In this document: positions 9,426 to 16,364 of the stretch, piece after piece | Layout of the letters: every line of letters begins with the position of its first letter | How positions within the stretch are numbered: the first letter of the stretch is position 1 | Sequence record: MW508890.1 | Reading direction: 5' to 3' (one strand) | DNA length: 52,770 nt | Origin: Phage PEA2-3 | The notes under the pieces: model-generated | Told to the model about the DNA's origin: nothing | The model's input: the letters and a program-made list of their open reading frames with translations, nothing else | Databases searched by the model: none | Position numbers and translations under genes: made by a program

Positions 9426-10287
9426 CGACCTGCAGAAACGTATTGACATCAAGATAGTCGAAGCCCACGAAAGAGAAGAACGACGCGGGCATCTTGGAGC
9501 ATCTCAGATAGGACACAACTGTTATCGCTATCTTTGGCACGTTCTGCACTGGTCGTTCAAGGAGAAGTTTACCGCTAAGCAACTTCGTCTGTTTGAGCGT
9601 GGTAACCTTGAAGAAAGCAGAATTATAAAATGGCTTCGTTCCGTATGCGACGAAGTGCTGGACGTCAATCCCAAGACAGGTAAGCAATGGCGCATACACG
9701 AATTCAATGGCATCTTCTCTGGGTCTTGTGACTGTGTAATTAAATACAAAGGCGTATGGGCACTTGCTGAATTCAAGACGCATGGCGATAAGTCATTTAA
9801 AGAGTTAGTCAAGCTCAAGTCTGTTAAAGCAAGTAAGCCGGTACATTATGCCCAGATGCAGGTATACATGCGGAAGCTTAAGCTGAATCAAGCTGTGTAC
9901 ATTGCAATCAATAAGAACACTGACGAGATGTATTTTGAAGTGGTCGATATTGACTTACTGGAAAGCGACATACAACTGAGTAAAGCGGAGGCTGTTGTAT
10001 ATGCGGAATCTGGTTTGGATATGCCGAAGATTTCTGAATCGCCTATTTGGTGGGAGTGCAAACCAGGGATGTGCGAATACCATCACCTGTGCCACAAAGG
10101 GGCAATGCCAGACAGGAACTGCAGAACCTGCCATTACAGTAAACCGCTTCAGGGCAAAGTGTGGTATTGCAACAAGCACCAGAAAGAACTCGAAACAATC
10201 GAAGAGCAATTAGCAGCTTGTGATGATTATCGCCCTGCTGATGTCTTCCCGCAGGATGAGAAGCCCGTTAAACTTTCCTTAAAATAA
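9409..10287 (+). CDS. PD-(D/E)xK nuclease, Cas4/RecB-like
   Basis: Start set at ATG 9409 overlapping the deaminase stop; D...EFK and QMQVY motifs; C-terminal Cys cluster (CKPGMCEYHHLC ... CRTCHY) suggesting an Fe-S or Zn module. Confidence 0.5.
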   Translation: MPSPFDDLQKRIDIKIVEAHEREERRGHLGASQIGHNCYRYLWHVLHWSFKEKFTAKQLRLFERGNLEESRIIKWLRSVCDEVLDVNPKTGKQWRIHEFNGIFSGSCDCVIKYKGVWALAEFKTHGDKSFKELVKLKSVKASKPVHYAQMQVYMRKLKLNQAVYIAINKNTDEMYFEVVDIDLLESDIQLSKAEAVVYAESGLDMPKISESPIWWECKPGMCEYHHLCHKGAMPDRNCRTCHYSKPLQGKVWYCNKHQKELETIEEQLAACDDYRPADVFPQDEKPVKLSLK

Positions 10288-10293
10288 AAGTAT

Positions 10294-10320
10294 ACTTTAC
10301 CACAAGGAAGTGGTATAATA
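10294..10320 (+). promoter_or_regulatory. Promoter-like element (AAGTGG-N-TATAAT family, copy 3)
   Basis: tttaccac aaggaagtggtataat upstream of helicase gene. Confidence 0.45.
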
Positions 10321-10345
10321 TATAAAGTTAATGAGGAGACGTTAA

Positions 10346-12016
10346 ATGGCTTTTGAAGCTCGCTGGTATCAAAAAGAAGCGGTCACAGCCTGGTGGTCGT
10401 ACTTCAATTCTTATAGTGGTAATCCACTTATTGTCATGCCAACAGGTTCAGGTAAATCGCCTGTGCTTGGTATGCTGATGAAGGATATTCTTACCAGCTA
10501 TCCGCGTCAGCGTATTCTTATACTGACTCACGTCAAGGAGCTGGTTGAACAAGACGCCAAAGCGATTGTTCGTCACTGGCCGCAAGCACCAGTATCAATC
10601 TACTCTTCAGGTGCAGGACATAAGGACTTTTCAGGTCGTATCGTTGTAGCATCAGTACAGTCAATCATTAAGAACCTGGAAGAAGCAGGCAAGTTCAATC
10701 TTATATTCATTGACGAGGCGCATCTTGTTCCTGAGAAGTCTGAAACAACATACCGTAAGGTTATTGCTCACTTCAAAGAGCTTAATCCTAAGGTAAAGGT
10801 AACAGGACTCACAGCAACTCCGTATCGCCTGGCAGGTGGTCACTTGCTGGACTGTGGTATATTTACCGACATCTGCTATGACCTTACAACACCTGACGCA
10901 TTCACCCGACTGGTAAATGAAGGCTTCCTGTCGCGCCTGGTCAACAAGAAAGTGTTAACCAAGATTGACACCAGTAATGTTGGTGAAAGGATGGGTGACT
11001 ACATCCCGTCAGAGCTCGAGAAGGTAGCCAACCAACATAGTATAACAGTCGCGGCTATTCGTGAGATGATGCACTACGGTAAAGACAGGAACCACGTTCT
11101 TGTATTCGCCACAAGTGTTGAGCACGCCCACAACATAGCAGACGAATTTAATCTGCGAGGGTGGCAGACTGTAGTTGTGCATGGCGGTCTTACAAAGAAA
11201 GAACGTGAAGCCACACTGGAAGAGTTTACAAGCGGACGAGCACGGGTCTGTGTAAACGTAAACGTACTGACGACAGGATTTGACTATCCTGAGATTGATA
11301 TGCTCGGTATCTTGCGCCCGTCCACGTCTGTTGCTTTGTGGGTGCAGATACTTGGTCGAGGATTACGTACAGCGCCTGGCAAGCATGACTGTCTTGTTAT
11401 GGACTTTACATCTAACACCATTGACCTTGGGCCTATTGACGACCCGGCTGTTCCGCCTCGTCTTGGTAAGAAGAAAAAGAAACGGTCAGAGAAAACACCT
11501 GGCGGTAAAGAGTGCCCTATCTGTCACCAGGTAAGTGGCTATGCAGCCCGTACATGTAAGCATCCGGCTAAAGGAAGTACGCCAGACGAGAATGGTGTAT
11601 ATCCGATGTGCGGACATGAATTTGAGTTTACAGTTAACGGACCTGCCATTGCCTTCACTTCATCAGAAGAAGAGGTAATGACTAACGGTCAGCTTCGTGT
11701 TGTGGATAAAGATGTTACGCTGGTAAACTATTCTTTATTCCAGAAGCAGGGACGACCTGACAGTATAAAGGTTGTGTATTACTCAAACCTGGAAGTGTAT
11801 ACAACATGGGTAAATATAGAGGCCCATGGCAATGCTAAGCAAATGGCAGATGCCTGGTGGCGTAATGCTGCAGGAACAGAACCGCCTGAAACATGCGATG
11901 AGTTTATTCGCCGTAAGGGTGAGCTGGCTATTCCTAAGCGCATCAAGGTATGGATTAAACGACCCTACCCACAAATCATGAACTACGACTGGGGAAACGG
12001 TTATGGCGCTCGATGA
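10346..12016 (+). CDS. Superfamily II DEAH-type helicase
   Basis: Walker A MPTGSGKS, Walker B FIDEAH; C-terminal extension with Cys pairs (CPICH ... C). Confidence 0.8.
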   Translation: MAFEARWYQKEAVTAWWSYFNSYSGNPLIVMPTGSGKSPVLGMLMKDILTSYPRQRILILTHVKELVEQDAKAIVRHWPQAPVSIYSSGAGHKDFSGRIVVASVQSIIKNLEEAGKFNLIFIDEAHLVPEKSETTYRKVIAHFKELNPKVKVTGLTATPYRLAGGHLLDCGIFTDICYDLTTPDAFTRLVNEGFLSRLVNKKVLTKIDTSNVGERMGDYIPSELEKVANQHSITVAAIREMMHYGKDRNHVLVFATSVEHAHNIADEFNLRGWQTVVVHGGLTKKEREATLEEFTSGRARVCVNVNVLTTGFDYPEIDMLGILRPSTSVALWVQILGRGLRTAPGKHDCLVMDFTSNTIDLGPIDDPAVPPRLGKKKKKRSEKTPGGKECPICHQVSGYAARTCKHPAKGSTPDENGVYPMCGHEFEFTVNGPAIAFTSSEEEVMTNGQLRVVDKDVTLVNYSLFQKQGRPDSIKVVYYSNLEVYTTWVNIEAHGNAKQMADAWWRNAAGTEPPETCDEFIRRKGELAIPKRIKVWIKRPYPQIMNYDWGNGYGAR

Positions 12017-12224
12017 CAGAGAACTATTTGAACGGGTAGCAACCCAGGCTAAAGCTTTACCACGGCATGTTCGCCGACAGCTTATTATATACTTGCAGGA
12101 TATGAGCTGTGCAAACTGCCGTAGTTTTCAGGCAGGAGGTTGCCTGTTATCCGGAGGCAAAACACCACCGCCGGCAGTCCTGTCTTCCGGATGTAAACTT
12201 TTTGACTATGATGTGCCTTTCTAG
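12003..12224 (+). CDS. Hypothetical small Cys-containing protein
   Basis: 73-aa ORF overlapping the helicase stop; CANCRSFQAGGC. Confidence 0.35.
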   Translation: MALDDRELFERVATQAKALPRHVRRQLIIYLQDMSCANCRSFQAGGCLLSGGKTPPPAVLSSGCKLFDYDVPF

Positions 12225-12331
12225 GCACTAATGAAAAAAGTTTAAAAAAAGGTGTTTACACACTCTTTTAAATGACGTATATTAACTCACGTAACGAACA
12301 AACATTAAGCCCTGTAGACGAGGAAAAAATT

Positions 12332-12799
12332 ATGAGCGAGAAACTGACTTTTGTAACTGGTAAAGAAGAAGTTAACGGCGTACTGTATCCGGCAGCTGGT
12401 ACTGGCGCACGTTACGTATGGGACCTGGCTGATAAAGCCCATGAAGAAGGCAAGTCCAGCTCTGACGTTATGGACGAAGTTGTTGCCACTACCGAAATGT
12501 CCCGTGGTACTGTTTCTTCCCAGCTGACCTACTGGCGTAAAGCCACTGGTAAGGTTCTGGCTAAGCGTGTTGATACCGCTAAAGCAGAACGCGATGCTGC
12601 TAAAGCCGCTGAAAAACAGCGTAAAGCTGAAGAGCGTGCTCGCATCAAAGCTGAAAAAGCCGAAGCGAAAGCTGCTGAGCAGATTCGCAAAGCTGAAGAG
12701 AAAGCTGAAAAAGCTCGCCAGAAAGCAGAAGCTGCTAAAGCTGAAGCTGCTAAACTGGCTGGCGCGATCGAAGGCGACAACGAAGAAGTTGCTGAATAA
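12332..12799 (+). CDS. Hypothetical protein with Lys/Ala/Glu-rich low-complexity C-terminus
   Basis: Start at ATG 12332 after gaggaaaaaatt; C-terminal about 70 aa of AKAE-type repeats. Confidence 0.5.
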   Translation: MSEKLTFVTGKEEVNGVLYPAAGTGARYVWDLADKAHEEGKSSSDVMDEVVATTEMSRGTVSSQLTYWRKATGKVLAKRVDTAKAERDAAKAAEKQRKAEERARIKAEKAEAKAAEQIRKAEEKAEKARQKAEAAKAEAAKLAGAIEGDNEEVAE

Positions 12800-12815
12800 T
12801 AGCGCTGATCTGAAC

Positions 12816-12840
12816 GCACCTCTACGGAGGTGCATTCAAT
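12816..12840 (+). terminator. Terminator-like hairpin
   Basis: gcacctc-tacg-gaggtgc directly after the stop at 12799; weak downstream T run. Confidence 0.4.
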
Positions 12841-13365
12841 GGACATCCTTACATCTCTCTTCTTATCAACAATCAATTAAGCCTGGTGTGTTGAAACAGT
12901 GAGGGTGTCCAGTGAATGCAGTTCAATTCTGCTCGCTGACCGAGATTTGGTAAAAGCCGTGATGTGTGAGGTTCGATTCCTCCGACGCTGAAAAGGGTAT
13001 TGGCTCGCTACCTTGGCCCCAGGCGCCTGGTGTAGACGGCGGTCACAATTTTAGTTGTGGTGTTTTGGCGTATCTTTTTGACACCCGTCGGGTGCAGGTT
13101 ATCCACAATAACTCAGGTGCTAAGACACCACAACTAAGGTTGTACTTGCTGTGTGCTTTTGCCACTCCATCGGTGTAATAAGTGCAACGCTCTATACTTT
13201 CCGTGGTGAGAGCACACAGCAAGTAACGCATATGTGATTGGCTACTCGATAACACCTCCTTTCGTCTCGTCGCGGGGATTAAAATGGTAAGTCTTTTGGC
13301 CAATCTCATATGCGCTGCCTGGTTGCATAGTTACGATGCCTTGTATCTCCTTACGCCACCCTGCC
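12841..13365 (+). ncRNA. Candidate structured non-coding RNA or cis-acting structured element
   Basis: About 0.5 kb without a convincing ORF, flanked by hairpin terminators; long inverted repeats at 13047-13064/13123-13141 and 13141-13158/13209-13225; 12-bp palindrome ccaggcgcctgg at 13019-13030. Confidence 0.35.
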
Positions 13366-13400
13366 AAAAGGACCAGTTAACGCTGGTCCTTTTTATTTTT
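13366..13400 (+). terminator. Strong intrinsic terminator
   Basis: aaaa-ggaccag-ttaacg-ctggtcc-tttttattttt; A tract upstream and T tract downstream, so possibly bidirectional. Confidence 0.75.
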
Positions 13401-13418
13401 ACCAGAAGCGTAAAAAGT

Positions 13419-13450
13419 GCTTTACCACTAGAGAGTGATGTGGTATAATA
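13419..13450 (+). promoter_or_regulatory. Promoter-like element (AAGTGG-N-TATAAT family, copy 4)
   Basis: tttaccac - 17 nt - tataat with upstream tgg (extended -10-like), ahead of gene 13476. Confidence 0.5.
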
Positions 13451-13475
13451 AGTTATCTTTTAGAGGAGAGATACA

Positions 13476-13874
13476 ATGAACCTACAACGTGTTGCTGAAG
13501 CTTATTACAGGATTTGGATACTTCGGCTAGAGGGCCAAATCGACTACGTGAACACCGTCGGCCGCGAAGATTACTTGCCTGCATCTTCTTTCCAGGAAGT
13601 ATGCAACATTGCTCAAACTCTTGAACATGAATTTGATAAAGTCAAGTTTACACGCGATGTGCAAACAAACTTTATCAAGTTTGAAACAACCATGCGCTGT
13701 AAATTCCCGTTTATCAAGCGCATATCCCGTACCGGCCTTTTCATTGTTCCCTTTCCTGTGGGTAAAGAACGTTGGGACACTTTAGAACAGGCTCGTCATA
13801 TTATCTGGTCTACAGAAATTAAGCGTAAGTTTATCGAAACTGTTTGTAAGGAGTTACGAAATGCGATTCAGTAA
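13476..13874 (+). CDS. Hypothetical protein
   Basis: 132 aa, RBS agaggagagatacaatg. Confidence 0.5.
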   Translation: MNLQRVAEAYYRIWILRLEGQIDYVNTVGREDYLPASSFQEVCNIAQTLEHEFDKVKFTRDVQTNFIKFETTMRCKFPFIKRISRTGLFIVPFPVGKERWDTLEQARHIIWSTEIKRKFIETVCKELRNAIQ

Positions 13875-14454
13875 AATTGCTGCAGGCGTTACCGCTTTTC
13901 ATGAGAAGTTTGACCTCAAGCCTGTTAGTCAAGGCGGTAAACCTGAGTTCAAGCTTCGTTACGACCGTCTTATTGAGGAGATGGAAGAAATTAAACAAGC
14001 TAAGAAGGACGGCGACAAAGCTGGCTTCTTAGATGGTATTGTAGATTTAATTTACATTGCCGCAGGTACGTTATACTTGTATGACCAGACTGCATGGTTC
14101 ACCAACGAATTTGAGTATCCGATTCTGTTAACTACGCCATGCGGATTTATGGACCGCTTCGATGCTGACGGCCTTATTGTATATGTTAAGGATACTGAAG
14201 ACACTCATTGCGACCGTCTGGCCCAGTTAATTATCCACCTGATTACCTGGTGTGCAAACAACAACTGGCCACTTGACGCAGCATGGGATGCGGTACAGGC
14301 TGCTAACATGGCGAAAGAACGCGCTAAGCCTGATGCAAGCAACAGCAAGCATAAGTCTGGTCAGGATATTGTTAAGCCTGAAGGATGGAAAGCACCTGAC
14401 ATCCAGGCCATCATCGACGCACACGTTAACCCGGCTCAAAAGGAACTGTTTTAA
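13861..14454 (+). CDS. MazG-like all-alpha nucleoside triphosphate pyrophosphohydrolase
   Basis: R..LIEEMEEI ... DGIVDLIY and C-terminal AANMAKERAK resemble the MazG/HisE EExxE...D and K...R pattern; RBS taaggag. Confidence 0.55.
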   Translation: MRFSKIAAGVTAFHEKFDLKPVSQGGKPEFKLRYDRLIEEMEEIKQAKKDGDKAGFLDGIVDLIYIAAGTLYLYDQTAWFTNEFEYPILLTTPCGFMDRFDADGLIVYVKDTEDTHCDRLAQLIIHLITWCANNNWPLDAAWDAVQAANMAKERAKPDASNSKHKSGQDIVKPEGWKAPDIQAIIDAHVNPAQKELF

Positions 14455-15338
14455 TGAAAACATACAGCACTGTCGATTCTCTTTACAGCGACATCATTTC
14501 TTTTATCCTGCGTAAAGGTGAGGATGTTGTAGACCGTACAGGTGTTGGTACCCGCCGTTGTTTTGGTACAGCATTTAAGCTGGCTTTCAACGACAACAAA
14601 CTGATGGTGCCGGTGTTTAAGCCTGTTAACATCAAAGCTGTTGCTGCTGAGCTTTACTGCTTTATCAACGGTATTTCAAACGTCGACACGCTAAAAGGCT
14701 TTGGCTGCAACTGGTGGGAAGGTAACCTACAGGACGCAAACAAACGTTGGGGTACGCCAGACAACCGTGACTTAGGTCCTGTGTACGGCGTGCAATGGAT
14801 TAAGCCATTCTATAAGAATGGTGTTCTTACTAACCAGCTTAAAGATGTTATTGAAACGCTGAAGGTTAAGCCTACTGACCGCCGGGCGTACATTACGGCA
14901 TGGAACCCACAAGAGATGGACGCCATGGCCCTTCCGCCTTGTTACCATGGTTTTCAGCTGTTCATTAACAACCGTAATGAATTAGAGTTGATGTTCCACA
15001 TGCGTAGCGCGGATGTTATTCTTGGCCTGCCTCACGATATTCTGTTGCATCAGATGTTGCAGATTACCATTGCTGCTGAGCTGGGTACTGGGGTAGGTGA
15101 TATGACTGTTACGCTGGGTGATTATCACATCTACCAGAATCATATCGATGCGGCAAAGATTTTCCTGCAACGTATCGTAAGCAATTCTGATACTACACTG
15201 GACACTAACTTTGAAGGTCGTCCTGACATTAACGCAATTTATGACGTGTCAGTGTTTGACTTCACTCCTGCCGATGTTACGCCAATGGTTGAGAAGTACA
15301 AACCAATGCCAAACATCAAACTCCAAATGGCCGTATAA
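14454..15338 (+). CDS. Thymidylate synthase (ThyA) family enzyme, probably a dCMP C5-methylase or hydroxymethylase
   Basis: Aligns by eye to ThyA: DRTGVGT, DLGPVYGVQW, AWNP, catalytic Cys in ALPPCYH, MRSADVILGLPHD, GDYHIYQNH; the conserved PFNI Asn position is Asp (PHDI). Confidence 0.7.
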   Translation: MKTYSTVDSLYSDIISFILRKGEDVVDRTGVGTRRCFGTAFKLAFNDNKLMVPVFKPVNIKAVAAELYCFINGISNVDTLKGFGCNWWEGNLQDANKRWGTPDNRDLGPVYGVQWIKPFYKNGVLTNQLKDVIETLKVKPTDRRAYITAWNPQEMDAMALPPCYHGFQLFINNRNELELMFHMRSADVILGLPHDILLHQMLQITIAAELGTGVGDMTVTLGDYHIYQNHIDAAKIFLQRIVSNSDTTLDTNFEGRPDINAIYDVSVFDFTPADVTPMVEKYKPMPNIKLQMAV

Positions 15339-15344
15339 GATGGA

Positions 15345-15366
15345 GCGGGGCTTCGGCCCCGTTATA
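15345..15366 (+). terminator. Terminator-like hairpin with UUCG loop
   Basis: gcggggc-ttcg-gccccg; stem identical to the hairpin at 8901. Confidence 0.45.
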
Positions 15367-15368
15367 CT

Positions 15369-16364
15369 ATGAGCAAGTTTAACTATGACACCAAACAAAT
15401 ACAGACTGCCGTTCAACAAGCTCGTCCCATCAAGTATACTGATAGTGGTCTTATGGGCAAAATATGGATTGCAGACGGAACAATCCATTCATACTACAAG
15501 AACGTATTACTACGAGCGCCATGTAAAGGATTTCCAGACCTGCAAGTGGATGCTGAATCATTTCGTAAGGCCGTTAATGCGGCAAGAACTGAACAGATTA
15601 CTTTTAACATTACAGCCGCTGGAAACCTCACAGTCACAGCAGGTGTACTTAAAACAAGAATGCAAGCGCTTAATGAACCAATACCGCCGCTTGCTACAGT
15701 TAACAACTGGTATTCAGCGCATGGCGAATTGCTCCCGGTATTAACTGCCTTAGCCAAATGGGTACCTAACGAAGCACCGCAGGTATGGGCAACATCTTTA
15801 CTTCTGCGCGATGGTTATGCTTACGCCACCAACGGTAAGTATATGATACGTGAGAAGCTGAACGTAGATTTTGAATTTGAATGTGCCATAGCCAAACCAA
15901 TGCTTGAGGCTCTGGTTAAGCTGAAGATGGAACCCACAAGTGTAGGTTACGCCCGCGGCCAGATGTTCTTCGGCTTTGCGGATGGTGTACAGATGGATGC
16001 CCCGGTACTTGCAGCCAAATGGCCAGACGTATCGAAGTTCTTCAATATGGAAATGGATATGCAGGCCATCACTCCTGAGTTCCTGGAAGTCATGGACCAG
16101 CTTACTGGGTATGACGAAGGTCAAGCCATCCTGGAGATAACAGGCGAGTCAACTGCAAAGGCAGACTTACCAGATAAGATTATTCCAAAGATGTCCGTCG
16201 ACATTAAGTTCCAGTCGACTAAGTTTAGTAAACCGTTCAACTGTGTTATTAGTCAGATGAGTAAACTGGCTAAAGGCATGGAAAGAATAGGACTGGGTAG
16301 TCAGGCGCTCAAAATGGAAAACTCAACTCGTACAGTTGTAATTGCGTATGTTAGAGGGGACTGA
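15369..16364 (+). CDS. Hypothetical protein upstream of DNA polymerase
   Basis: 331 aa; stop overlaps the polymerase start; any processivity role is speculation. Confidence 0.45.
   Translation: MSKFNYDTKQIQTAVQQARPIKYTDSGLMGKIWIADGTIHSYYKNVLLRAPCKGFPDLQVDAESFRKAVNAARTEQITFNITAAGNLTVTAGVLKTRMQALNEPIPPLATVNNWYSAHGELLPVLTALAKWVPNEAPQVWATSLLLRDGYAYATNGKYMIREKLNVDFEFECAIAKPMLEALVKLKMEPTSVGYARGQMFFGFADGVQMDAPVLAAKWPDVSKFFNMEMDMQAITPEFLEVMDQLTGYDEGQAILEITGESTAKADLPDKIIPKMSVDIKFQSTKFSKPFNCVISQMSKLAKGMERIGLGSQALKMENSTRTVVIAYVRGD

Noticed and set aside
12961-12992. tRNA-like T-arm sequence gagg-ttcgatt-cctc in the non-coding island
   Set aside because: Only a 4-bp T stem with a TTCGATT loop is present; I could not build acceptor, D or anticodon arms around it, so it is not called as a tRNA (it could still be part of a larger structured RNA).
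12966-13309. Track ORFs 12966..13178 (+) and 13043..13309 (-) inside the non-coding island
   Set aside because: No RBS, odd composition, overlapping each other on opposite strands and coinciding with the long inverted repeats; more likely chance ORFs in structured non-coding sequence.
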